Below are positions 1 through 8,848 of a stretch of DNA of 64,000 nt, one piece after another. This DNA is from Escherichia phage T2, in sequence record NC_054931.1. One strand, 5' to 3'. The notes beneath the pieces are model-generated. The model made no database searches. It was not told where the DNA came from and was given only the letters and a program-made list of their open reading frames with translations. Every line of letters starts with the position of its first letter. The first letter of the stretch is position 1. The translations under genes were made by a program, and so were the position numbers.

Positions 1-894
1 ACCGGAACTCAATTGTGACAAACAGGTTGGACATAATCCACCTTCGTGATACATATTAATGACTTTATTATACGAGTCAATTTTTGATTTAATTAAAACT
101 GCTTCTTGACCGATTTTATTAAATGCATCAGTCGGGTCTTCGTCTAAAACAATATTAACTAATCTTTCATTAGCTTCTTCTATTTCCGATTTTAGCGTTC
201 TAGCTTCTTTTGCCAAATCATCATACATATTTTGTAGACGAGTAAGGTTGTCACCAGTTAATTTTTTCTGGCGTTCAACGTTATCATTATATATTTTAAT
301 TTGTTGGATAATACTATCTTTTTTAACATCAAGCACTTGGTTTTGTGAATTTAATTCACGTATTAGTGCTTTATTAAGCTTATCCATTTCAGCTAATGTT
401 CCTACCTCAAGCAGGTCTTCCACAAGCTTTCTTCGTGCAGGGGTCGACAAACCCATGAAAGGGGTATACCCTGCTGTACCAAGGACAACAATCTGCTTGA
501 AACTGGCATATGACATTCCGATAAGCTGTTCAAATTCTGCTTGGAAATCTTTACTGCTGGCAGATTCATTAAGACGTGTACCGTTAACGGTGATTTCGAA
601 AACGTTTGGTTTTTGTCCTCTTTTGATATAGTACTTTTTCTCATCATATTCCATCCACAGTTCAACTAAAAGTTCTTTCTTATTTGTGCTGTTTATTAAT
701 TGACCTTTCTTTACATCACGGAATGGCTTGCCAAAAAGCCCAAATGTGATGGCTTCTAACATAGTAGACTTACCACCGCCATTTCGTCCAGTAATAAGAG
801 TTTTTTGAACCTTATCTAATTGAATGTCAACTCCATTTTGACCAACTGACATTATATTTTTATATTTTACTCTATTAAGTTTAAATGATTTCAT
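1..894 (-). CDS. 46: Recombination endonuclease subunit gp46 (Rad50/SbcC-like ATPase), N-terminal part; gene continues beyond window start
   Basis: Minus-strand frame open from ATG at 892-894 to position 1; translation MKSFKLNRVKYKNIMSVGQNGVDIQLDKVQKTLITGRNGGGKSTMLEAITFGLFGKPF... with Walker A; absent from ORF track because it has no stop in the window. Confidence 0.85.
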   Translation of the reverse strand, partial: MKSFKLNRVKYKNIMSVGQNGVDIQLDKVQKTLITGRNGGGKSTMLEAITFGLFGKPFRDVKKGQLINSTNKKELLVELWMEYDEKKYYIKRGQKPNVFEITVNGTRLNESASSKDFQAEFEQLIGMSYASFKQIVVLGTAGYTPFMGLSTPARRKLVEDLLEVGTLAEMDKLNKALIRELNSQNQVLDVKKDSIIQQIKIYNDNVERQKKLTGDNLTRLQNMYDDLAKEARTLKSEIEEANERLVNIVLDEDPTDAFNKIGQEAVLIKSKIDSYNKVINMYHEGGLCPTCLSQLSSG

Positions 895-909
895 TTTGTA
901 TCCAATTGT

Positions 910-1167
910 TCACAATGAAGAAAATTCTTTAACTAAAGCCTGTAATGAAGCCTCTATTGGATATCCATTCTTAACTAACATTTTCCTAAACATCACATGT
1001 TTAGGACGATTATATGATATCCACAATTCATACAATTTATCTTTATTATCCCAATGATAGCCTTTTCGTCTAGATGCTATATGAGCTTTTCTAATCTCCG
1101 GATTTTTCCAACTAGCAGCTACTGAATTTGATATAGCTATTTTATATTCAGGTTGATAAAGCAGCAC
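910..1167 (-). CDS. Hypothetical ORF with non-ATG (GTG) start overlapping 3' end of the HNH gene; possibly a frameshifted C-terminal fragment
   Basis: 85-aa ORF; first codon is GTG; frame stays open upstream into the HNH ORF region. Confidence 0.25.
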   Translation of the reverse strand: MLLYQPEYKIAISNSVAASWKNPEIRKAHIASRRKGYHWDNKDKLYELWISYNRPKHVMFRKMLVKNGYPIEASLQALVKEFSSL

Positions 1168-1762
1168 GAACAGCCTTTTGGTGTTTAATTTTATTTTCTT
1201 CGTTATTAAACCATTCCATTGAAGCCATTGAAATTTTTTGTTTTGTTTTAAAATTATTTAATCTTTCTTTGTTATCTTTCCTATTTTTTGCTACTGAAAA
1301 ATATTTTAATGCCCTTTCTCTAGCAGCATTTCTATTTTGTGGATTTGAATAATACTGTTGAAGCCTTTTTGATATTATGTCACTTACATCCTGTCTTATA
1401 AAACTATATTCAGCAGCTATTAAATCAACTTCGGCTAAAGATAAATTTTTATATGTTTTTCCTGACATCATTCTATTTAAAGCATTTAGCATTTTTCCAT
1501 TTTTACCTTTTGCTAATAAGAAATGTGCTTTGAAATGATTAAAATGACTTAAATTAACTAAATTCCATGTAGATTTTAAATATTCAGGAAATATTGATTT
1601 AGGAAGCACGTGGTGTGCTTCCGTTTTACCTGGAGTTTTAACAGTTGAATTCATAGAAATAAAATTAATGTAAGACTTGGCGTCTTCTTCACTCAACGCT
1701 AATTTTTCAACTAATTCCTTTATTAAAAATTCATCATTAATATCAAGTTTAAAATTCTTCAC
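1148..1762 (-). CDS. HNH-family endonuclease-like protein (putative mobile/homing endonuclease) between genes 47 and 46
   Basis: 204-aa ORF with HH...N...H arrangement (EAHHVLPKS ... NLVNLSHFNH) typical of HNH nucleases. Confidence 0.6.
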   Translation of the reverse strand: MKNFKLDINDEFLIKELVEKLALSEEDAKSYINFISMNSTVKTPGKTEAHHVLPKSIFPEYLKSTWNLVNLSHFNHFKAHFLLAKGKNGKMLNALNRMMSGKTYKNLSLAEVDLIAAEYSFIRQDVSDIISKRLQQYYSNPQNRNAARERALKYFSVAKNRKDNKERLNNFKTKQKISMASMEWFNNEENKIKHQKAVRAALST

Positions 1763-2022
1763 AAAAGATTCCTTTTAATGTATCTTTTAGACCATTCTAT
1801 CATATCATCATAATCTAAAAAGTATTCATCAAATTCAGCCATGCAAACAACGCCTTGTGCTGTTTTTGATGTAATATAAATTATTCCAACATATCTAGAA
1901 TCTTCTTCGGTATAATCAATGTTTGCTATGAATTCATCATTAATGTCAAATGTCGAAAACTTCACAGTATGCATCCTTAATACAAGATACAGCCATATCT
2001 CGCAATGATTTAGGTGTGTCAT
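1759..2022 (-). CDS. Hypothetical small acidic protein (start probably internal)
   Basis: 87-aa ORF; 5' end overlaps upstream ORF, internal ATG/GTG with AAGG upstream is a likelier start. Confidence 0.35.
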   Translation of the reverse strand: MTHLNHCEIWLYLVLRMHTVKFSTFDINDEFIANIDYTEEDSRYVGIIYITSKTAQGVVCMAEFDEYFLDYDDMIEWSKRYIKRNLL

Positions 2023-2209
2023 TATCTAAAATGTTGAAGTTAAAGGATACAGCCCAGTCAGTGCAGACCGTAACCTTTTTAATACAATTATCTTCAACCT
2101 CTAGCGGTTCAAACCAATATTCAATAATTTCTTTATGCCCAATATCATCTTTTACTTCACATTCAAAGTGCTGACTCATCATAACATTTTTAAATTCATC
2201 AAAAGTCAT
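1946..2209 (-). CDS. Hypothetical protein
   Basis: 87-aa ORF, ATG overlaps stop of gene 47 (translational coupling). Confidence 0.45.
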   Translation of the reverse strand: MTFDEFKNVMMSQHFECEVKDDIGHKEIIEYWFEPLEVEDNCIKKVTVCTDWAVSFNFNILDNDTPKSLRDMAVSCIKDAYCEVFDI

Positions 2210-3225
2210 TGTGTTGCCTCTACATATAGCTGATTTGCATATTGAATAAGTGCTTCACGGTCAGAATCAGTGATGTCTGGAATTGCATTAATGTATTCTT
2301 CCATCAATGTCTGAAGCGATTGAACTTCAACTTCTTCACTGTCATCTGACTCGACAGAGTTATCAATCTTTGACACAACTCGTAATGAATGCACAACTTT
2401 CTCTAGTTCAGATTCGAACTTCGTCAGATTTTTGTCTACTTCAGTTACTATAACACGTACTGATAGATTTGTAAAATCTTTATAGTCAATTTTTCCTTTA
2501 AATGGATAATGAATTCTACGATGCCAGGTAGTATTGTTTGGAATAAATTCCATTCGTTCTGTTTCTGTATCAAACATCCAGAACCCACGAGGGTCATTCT
2601 CGTCACCTGCAGTTAGTGTCCATGGTGTCCCAATATATCTGACGTTTGCAGCCTCAGAAATAGTATGGAAGTGACCAGACCACACTTCTTTATAAGTCTT
2701 AAGGAAATCAGGTTCAAGACCATGAGATTTCATTCCTTTATAAAAATAAAATCCATTCAGTTCCCAGTGACCGACGCAAAAAGAAGCAGATGAAGTTTTG
2801 ATGTGTTCAAGAATTTCACCAGTATTTTCTTCGCACATCCAAGGAATCAAATCAATCAAACATCCGTCAAAATCTACTGTAGTAGGCTTATCATATACTT
2901 TAACATTAGGATATTTAGCCAAAAGCTCAGTAGAGGCATTTGGATGCATTACATTTTTATAGTGGAGATCGTGATTTCCTACAATAGTATGTAATGTAAT
3001 TCCAGCATCATCAAGCGTTTGAACTATTTCACGGGCGAACTCCATAGTTTTGTGTGTGATTGCTTTTCGCACATCAAAAATATCACCGTATTGAATCCAT
3101 GTAGTAATTCCATTTTTCTTAGAATATTCTATTGCTTGTTTAATTCCATCAATTTGAATACCGCGAATCCACTCATCATCAGCTTTAACGCCTAAATGCC
3201 AATCACCTAAATTTAAAATTTTCAT
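2206..3225 (-). CDS. 47: Recombination nuclease subunit gp47 (Mre11/SbcD-like phosphoesterase)
   Basis: 339-aa ORF; metallophosphoesterase motifs (GDWHLG, GDIFD, GNHD, GHFH); length as T4 gp47. Confidence 0.9.
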   Translation of the reverse strand: MKILNLGDWHLGVKADDEWIRGIQIDGIKQAIEYSKKNGITTWIQYGDIFDVRKAITHKTMEFAREIVQTLDDAGITLHTIVGNHDLHYKNVMHPNASTELLAKYPNVKVYDKPTTVDFDGCLIDLIPWMCEENTGEILEHIKTSSASFCVGHWELNGFYFYKGMKSHGLEPDFLKTYKEVWSGHFHTISEAANVRYIGTPWTLTAGDENDPRGFWMFDTETERMEFIPNNTTWHRRIHYPFKGKIDYKDFTNLSVRVIVTEVDKNLTKFESELEKVVHSLRVVSKIDNSVESDDSEEVEVQSLQTLMEEYINAIPDITDSDREALIQYANQLYVEATQ

Positions 3226-3385
3226 ATATCAAGAACCGTCATTGAAATGCAAAATAAAATTATTGAAATAAATCCATCTGGAGTACTAAAGAACCCAATC
3301 CAACATGCTCTAGTGAATAGATAAAATGCAAGAAAAAGTATCACATATCCAAGAAATATCATTATATCAAACTCCGTATAAAGCT

Positions 3386-3405
3386 AAAGGGCCGAAGCCC
3401 TTTAT
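3386..3405 (-). terminator. Stem-loop (GGGCUUCGGCCC on minus-strand RNA) immediately downstream of agt
   Basis: Perfect inverted repeat aaagggccgaagcccttt overlapping the agt stop. Confidence 0.5.
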
Positions 3406-4604
3406 TTTGTAATAATGTCAAACTGTTCTTTAAAGCAGAAGCTTGAATCTTGATGCTGATACAAAAATTCATATGCTTTTTCACGTTCGCGGTCATAAAG
3501 AGTTCGGTCAGATGACAGTTCTTTAATACGCTCGAATGTTGATTCCATGTCATTTTCATCAAACCAAATGATACCGCTATCATGCGAGGTCAAAGGAGTA
3601 TTATCAACACGGAATTTTAAATTATCACCCGTTGATTTCCAGAAAACAGGAATTGTTCCACATGCACCAAGCTCGAGATGAGTATATTCTAAAGAACGTT
3701 GTAGATATTTTTTGTCCAACTTACTCAACTGATAACCAAATCCGGATTTACTCATGCGTTCAAGCATTTCGCTATTTACATAACGGTCAAGAATTTGCGT
3801 TGGTAAATTAGGAGCAATTTTAATTTGGTCTACTTGATGAAGACGATAATACTCGTATGGAATTCCTTTTTCTTTAATAGGAATGAACGCTGGAGAACGT
3901 TCCAGACCTTCCATAATAGTACTTAGTCCTGCAGGTTTAAGATGTTTTTCGTGAAAATCAAACATCTGATAAAAACCTTTCCATGTAGTCGTACGACCAA
4001 TCCAACGGTTGATATTCATGTTAATTTCAGAAACATCTTTCCAGTAGGTTGACCGAACCTTCGCAATATCCATAGGAGGCTGAAAGTTATATACTGTCGG
4101 CGCTTCTTCAATATCATCAAACAGAGAAACAGTTTCTGGATACCATTCTTTCATCAGAACTTTATTAAAATCACCATTATCAGAATGGCTAAAAATAACA
4201 TCAGCTCGACGAACAGTTTCTTCTAATCCCAAATTTCGACGCAAAGAAAGAGAAGAATGGTCATGTTGATAAACTACAACACGAACCGAAGGTTTAATGT
4301 TATCAATAATTTTTTTATAGTTATTAATAGTGTCTTCTTCAACTGAAGTAGCAGGAACTGAATTGATAATTAGAATATCACAATCATTTACCAGCTTAAG
4401 TGTTTTATCGTATTCTTTTGCCAATAAAACCGGAATTGAAAATGATTTATAATCATGCGCACAGTTACGAGTAAATGATTTATCTTTAGCATAAACCAAA
4501 GTTACTTCATGACCATTTTTAATAAACCAATCACGTTGCTCAAGAGAAAATTTAGTTACACCGCAACCTTCAAGACCTCGAGCCATAAAAATACATACTT
4601 TCAT
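3402..4604 (-). CDS. agt: DNA alpha-glucosyltransferase
   Basis: 400-aa ORF starting MKVCIFMARGLEGCGVTKFSLEQRDWFIKNGHEVTLVYAKDK; length and sequence character of T4 alpha-gt. Confidence 0.85.
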   Translation of the reverse strand: MKVCIFMARGLEGCGVTKFSLEQRDWFIKNGHEVTLVYAKDKSFTRNCAHDYKSFSIPVLLAKEYDKTLKLVNDCDILIINSVPATSVEEDTINNYKKIIDNIKPSVRVVVYQHDHSSLSLRRNLGLEETVRRADVIFSHSDNGDFNKVLMKEWYPETVSLFDDIEEAPTVYNFQPPMDIAKVRSTYWKDVSEINMNINRWIGRTTTWKGFYQMFDFHEKHLKPAGLSTIMEGLERSPAFIPIKEKGIPYEYYRLHQVDQIKIAPNLPTQILDRYVNSEMLERMSKSGFGYQLSKLDKKYLQRSLEYTHLELGACGTIPVFWKSTGDNLKFRVDNTPLTSHDSGIIWFDENDMESTFERIKELSSDRTLYDREREKAYEFLYQHQDSSFCFKEQFDIITK

Positions 4605-4847
4605 TTAATATCCTCATTGTTTTGGTTTATTTTACCAAAAATTTATAAAGCAATATAGGAGCCGAAGCTCCTATCCGCATAATACGCCATACAAAGGCTC
4701 ATTAGAGCTTCTAAATTTTATGCGCTTATATGTTATAGTTCCTTCTGCTTTAGCTTTATCATGAGACTCTTTAAAGCGTCTCATCATTTCCTCTTTAGAG
4801 GAACGAATTTTATTATAATCTATTTCAGAAGTCTGGATGTTCATCTT

Positions 4848-5054
4848 TCATAACTGCCACCATTTTTTAACTTGATAAGAATCAACCCACACTTTCATAT
4901 TAGGGTCTGCTCTTACAATAGGAGGATTAACTTCTTTAATTGAACTATCACGGTATTCTTTTTCAGAAATTTTCACACAAAGATGACCATTCAAAGATTC
5001 AGTAAATCCTGCATTAATTTTAAGACGCTTGAATTTTACGCGTGTAAGCATCAA
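4848..5054 (-). CDS. Hypothetical protein
   Basis: 68-aa minus-strand ORF in early region. Confidence 0.35.
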   Translation of the reverse strand: MMLTRVKFKRLKINAGFTESLNGHLCVKISEKEYRDSSIKEVNPPIVRADPNMKVWVDSYQVKKWWQL

Positions 5055-5337
5055 TCATATCCTCAATCTGCGATCTAGTAGTCTTCCAAAGAATACTAAT
5101 GAGTTCATCTTTATATGGCTGTTTTAGAATATCCCGACTTTTCTTGATAGCATATTCGTATTGAGCAAAATTATTATTTTCAGCTGCAATCTGAGCGTGC
5201 TTATAAAGACGATTCAGTTCGCGTTTGTTTTTAGACAATAACTTATTTGCTTTTCTTTCTGCTTCAAGACGGTTCTTTTCTTCAATAGAAGAAATAAGCT
5301 TTTCCACTTCATCATTAATTTCGGGTTTATCAGTCAT
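5020..5337 (-). CDS. Hypothetical protein
   Basis: 105-aa ORF, coiled-coil-like, tightly packed with neighbours. Confidence 0.45.
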   Translation of the reverse strand: MTDKPEINDEVEKLISSIEEKNRLEAERKANKLLSKNKRELNRLYKHAQIAAENNNFAQYEYAIKKSRDILKQPYKDELISILWKTTRSQIEDMIDAYTRKIQAS

Positions 5338-5338
5338 A

Positions 5339-5557
5339 TTATTTCTCTAATATAAAATAAAAATCATCATCTGTTAAATGATACCGATAGTTTAATTCTA
5401 CACCATTAGATTTAAAAGCGGTATCATACGGATTTTCTGGATCAATATCAATGTCAAGAGATAAAACTTCCCTGAGATACATTTTAAGTAAATAGGGAAT
5501 AGCTTCAACTTCAGGTATTTCTTCCAAGAATCCGGAGAGGTTAATCGTTAGCCTCAT
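5339..5557 (-). CDS. Hypothetical protein
   Basis: 72-aa ORF; start overlaps the gene 55 stop. Confidence 0.45.
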
Positions 5558-6098
5558 ATAAAAAATCCAAACTAGGAGAATCGTCTACAACACTTTTCTT
5601 TTCAGCCCCCGGTGTTCTATAGGTTGATTCTTCGTAATGCGTCATTTTATCATAGATGTCTTGAATAAAAGTTTCATCTACTAACGCAACCATATCGTCG
5701 TCACGACTGTCATAGACATTGTGAACGAAGTAACTATATTTCTTTGCAACTTCCTTACGTTCTTTTTTAATACGTTGGACGAATGCATTAAAACAAGCTT
5801 GAGTTATATACGCATGTGGGTTTTTATATTTCGTTTCATCAAAATTGTGAAGCCCCTTAATAGAAGCTTCTATACCATCTGCAATCATTTCTTGTTTCCA
5901 AGACTGGGTGTATCCTGAAAAGTTGAAACGTTTAGATAAGCCTTCTGCAATAAGCATAATGGCTAATCCGATAGTATCATTTTGACGAACTACTTTATTT
6001 GGGTCTTTATTATTTGCTAATTCTGTTTTCCAATCAATAATAGCTTGTAAAAGCTCTTTATTGTTTACGTAATTATATTTAGGCTTAGTTTCTGACAT
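5541..6098 (-). CDS. 55: Late-transcription sigma factor gp55
   Basis: ORF track gives 187 aa from MKM; the second ATG gives 185 aa [33 protein letters not shown]..., matching T4 gp55 as I recall it. Confidence 0.9.
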
Positions 6099-6180
6099 TT
6101 TCACCTCTTAGCTCAATTCATAGATCTATTATATCATAATATTTGAAGATCTATCTTAAAGCATAGAGGATGAATCAATT

Positions 6181-6396
6181 TCAAGAATTCATCAGCTTAG
6201 CCGCTCCAAGAGCTGCATCTAGTGAATCAAATTGGTCAACATATTCAATTAATTCACCGTAATTAGCGTATAACCACCATTGGCTAAATTCATACTCAAG
6301 GATGAATCCGTTTCCTTCAATTTGAATTAAACCAATGCCATTTGTATTTACTTCATATCCAGCAAGACGCAAATCGTTAATAAGAGCTTCGTTCAT
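6181..6396 (-). CDS. Hypothetical protein
   Basis: 71-aa ORF. Confidence 0.45.
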   Translation of the reverse strand: MNEALINDLRLAGYEVNTNGIGLIQIEGNGFILEYEFSQWWLYANYGELIEYVDQFDSLDAALGAAKLMNS

Positions 6397-6398
6397 AA

Positions 6399-6725
6399 TT
6401 ATACCTTAGTAATTTTCAGGTCTGCAAATTTTTTCTTGCGTTGATTTTTCATGCGACGAATAGTTTTATCGGAAATTTCATGCTTTTGATAAGCTTTAGA
6501 TTCTACACCAAAAGCTTTAACATCAAATTCTGACAAGATATATTGAACCAACAATTCACGGACAGTATTGCGTCCAATCTTCTGATCATTCTGTTTCATC
6601 GTCTGATGAAGCTCTTTTTCCCATTTATCCAAAATTTGAGGAGTTACAATATCGCCTTTTTCTAACAAAGAAACTACTTTATCATATGCGTAAGAATTGA
6701 TGGCGTTTTTAATTTGAATAGTCAT
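6399..6725 (-). CDS. Hypothetical protein
   Basis: 108-aa ORF. Confidence 0.5.
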   Translation of the reverse strand: MTIQIKNAINSYAYDKVVSLLEKGDIVTPQILDKWEKELHQTMKQNDQKIGRNTVRELLVQYILSEFDVKAFGVESKAYQKHEISDKTIRRMKNQRKKKFADLKITKV

Positions 6726-6770
6726 ACATTATCCTCAATTACGTTAAAATTTTATTATCCAAAAAGGGCC

Positions 6771-6787
6771 GAAGCCCTTAGCTAAAC
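6771..6787 (-). terminator. Stem-loop GGGCUUCGGCCC followed by U-run on minus-strand RNA
   Basis: Forward aaaaagggccgaagccc; on the minus strand the hairpin is followed by TTTTT. Confidence 0.5.
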
Positions 6788-6978
6788 TTTTTGGCACCCT
6801 TCCAGCCTTCATACATCATTGCGGCTGATATTAATATTGCTCCTGAGCAACTTGAATATTTGTGATTCCAAAACCAGTTTAGAAAAACTTCGTCATCAAT
6901 ACCTTGGGCTATCATATTTTCAAAGAACTGACGACGAGCTTCGGCAATTCGCTGCGATAATTTAGATTCAGGATTCAT
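6778..6978 (-). CDS. Hypothetical protein
   Basis: 66-aa ORF. Confidence 0.4.
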   Translation of the reverse strand: MNPESKLSQRIAEARRQFFENMIAQGIDDEVFLNWFWNHKYSSCSGAILISAAMMYEGWKGAKKFS

Positions 6979-7194
6979 TTAAATTTCCCAATTTCCATTT
7001 TCATCAATAAATTTAATCCAGTCATTTACTGACCACTTGGTCGTATCACCCTTTGGAGTAACATTTAAAGTGTATAGCCCTTGCTTAAAAAGCATGCGTT
7101 TGATATTCATATTTTCCTCAGCTGTAACGATAACACTCGTTTGATTTACGTTTAGCAACTCGTTGAGAAGTATTATAATCAAAATCATCGTCAA
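6979..7194 (-). CDS. Hypothetical protein
   Basis: 71-aa ORF. Confidence 0.4.
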   Translation of the reverse strand: MTMILIIILLNELLNVNQTSVIVTAEENMNIKRMLFKQGLYTLNVTPKGDTTKWSVNDWIKFIDENGNWEI

Positions 7195-7411
7195 TGTAAA
7201 CTGATTTTTTCAACTTTCTTACTTCACCGCGTAATTGACGATTTAGCTCATCTTTAACTTCTGAATCAATACCTTTCATTCTACGCCATTTATCTGAGCG
7301 AAAAATGTTTTCAACCATATCTTTATGACTTACACCATCAGGAGCTTTACGCTTTCCAAAATAGTCATAATCACGCACTTTTAAGTCTTTACGACGATAC
7401 GTTTTACCCAT
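7118..7411 (-). CDS. Hypothetical basic protein (start taken at MGKTYRRKD with AAGGAAA RBS rather than upstream ATG)
   Basis: ORF track 7118..7456; internal ATG has a good RBS. Confidence 0.4.
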   Translation of the reverse strand: MGKTYRRKDLKVRDYDYFGKRKAPDGVSHKDMVENIFRSDKWRRMKGIDSEVKDELNRQLRGEVRKLKKSVYIDDDFDYNTSQRVAKRKSNECYRYS

Positions 7412-7607
7412 GGAGTTTAATTTCCTTAGCAACTGAACTAAATACAGCACGATCACAAATCATACGTTTGTTCCATTTAATCACAGTATAATGAACATCT
7501 AAATCATCGACTGCTGTAACGATAACGATATGTCCGTTAACACGATAATACTGGTCAATTTTAATCTCTTTATCAACCATATCAATTCCTCAAAGGTAAT
7601 TCATATG

Positions 7608-7641
7608 TTAATAATACCATAGTTTGAACTTGTTGTAAACA
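7608..7641 (-). promoter_or_regulatory. T4-type early promoter (-35 GTTTACA, 17-bp spacer, -10 TATTAT) with A/T-rich upstream element
   Basis: Forward tgtaaac at 7634-7640 and ataata at 7611-7616; upstream ttgtgaaaaatatttt. Confidence 0.6.
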
Positions 7642-7710
7642 ACTTTGTGAAAAATATTTTAGGGAATGATAAGAAAGGAACGATAGCTTAGAATGGTAAT
7701 ATACAGAATG

Positions 7711-7735
7711 TGAGAAAGAAAGGCCCAGAGGGCCC
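7711..7735 (-). terminator. Rho-independent terminator downstream of nrdH
   Basis: Hairpin ggccc-agag-gggcc followed on the minus strand by TTTCTTT. Confidence 0.55.
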
Positions 7736-7738
7736 GTC

Positions 7739-8047
7739 TTAATCTTCTATGATATCTCTATCATATCCAAGTGAAATGAGAGTTTCTTTGAAGTGTTTAA
7801 TGTTCTTTTGTCTAGAATCATTAATGAAAATGACTGGATAACGAATGTTAAGAGATGTGAATCCAGCGCGTTTAGCAAGAGATACAATCAGTGGACGATC
7901 ATACTCAATCTTACCATTATTTGTAAGAACTTTATAGAAAGTAAAAGGAGCATTGAGCTCCTTTAGAAGTTTTGTAACTGATTGACATCCAGGACAACGA
8001 CCTACTTCATCTGGAATTCCATAGACTTCAATCTTATTTTGTTTCAC
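7739..8047 (-). CDS. nrdH: NrdH-like glutaredoxin-family redoxin
   Basis: 102-aa ORF with CPGC redox motif, directly upstream of nrdG-nrdD. Confidence 0.7.
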   Translation of the reverse strand: MKQNKIEVYGIPDEVGRCPGCQSVTKLLKELNAPFTFYKVLTNNGKIEYDRPLIVSLAKRAGFTSLNIRYPVIFINDSRQKNIKHFKETLISLGYDRDIIED

Positions 8048-8049
8048 AA

Positions 8050-8262
8050 CTATTCCTTACTAAGAGCAGCATTCAGCTTGTTAGTAATTTTATCCAGGCG
8101 CTCATTGAACTCACTGGAAGATAAGCCCTTTTCTGGAGAAATTAAACTAATCACGAAAAATATAGCAATAAAAGGAATAAGGAAAATAGCTCCAACTGCC
8201 ATAAACAGAAAGAATGTTACAGTTGTAAGAAAATCAGCTAAACCTTTACGAAATTTATACAT
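8050..8262 (-). CDS. Hypothetical small membrane protein
   Basis: 70-aa ORF with long hydrophobic segment TVTFFLFMAVGAIFLIPFIAIFFVISLI. Confidence 0.45.
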   Translation of the reverse strand: MYKFRKGLADFLTTVTFFLFMAVGAIFLIPFIAIFFVISLISPEKGLSSSEFNERLDKITNKLNAALSKE

Positions 8263-8377
8263 ATTTTACCCTTAATTAATTAACCAAGCATTGATAAGCA
8301 CTAAACTATATTGGGAATAAAATTCTGGACCAAAATGAAAAATCATATCATTTATAGTATCCATAATGTAATTCAAT

Positions 8378-8848
8378 TTAATCATGTTTCCACACCCCAT
8401 CGGTATTTGACCAAAGTCGCTGATTATCTGATCCTCGCCACAGCTTTTTAGTCGGAAGATTTTTCTCATACTTCCCATCAATAATAACATCAACATATTT
8501 AAGCATTTCTAGTTGTTTAATATCTTCAAACTTATATCCTGTCCACAACCAAATGCTTTTATTGGGATAAAGATTTTTTACTGTTTGAACAATGCAATGA
8601 ATGACATCTCGATTATCCGGATAGAGAGGGTCTCCTCCAGTTATAGTCAATCCTTCTATATAATCATTATTCAAACATTCAATTAATTGTTCTAGTGTTT
8701 CACCAGTGAATGGAATACCATTTCTAGCATTCCATGTTGATTTATTATAACACCCTTCACATTTATGCAAACAACCTGTAACGAAAAGAACGACCCTGCA
8801 ACCAGGGCCATTCACAAAATCGCAAGGATAAAATCTATCATAATTCAT
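8378..8848 (-). CDS. nrdG: Anaerobic ribonucleotide reductase activating protein (radical SAM)
   Basis: 156-aa ORF with Cys-rich motif CDFVNGPGCRVVLFVTGCLHKCEGCYN; stop overlaps nrdD start. Confidence 0.85.
   Translation of the reverse strand: MNYDRFYPCDFVNGPGCRVVLFVTGCLHKCEGCYNKSTWNARNGIPFTGETLEQLIECLNNDYIEGLTITGGDPLYPDNRDVIHCIVQTVKNLYPNKSIWLWTGYKFEDIKQLEMLKYVDVIIDGKYEKNLPTKKLWRGSDNQRLWSNTDGVWKHD

Noticed and set aside
248-665. Plus-strand ORF 248..631 and minus-strand ORF 402..665
   Set aside because: Both lie inside the gp46 coding frame in other frames and have low-complexity translations; shadow ORFs.
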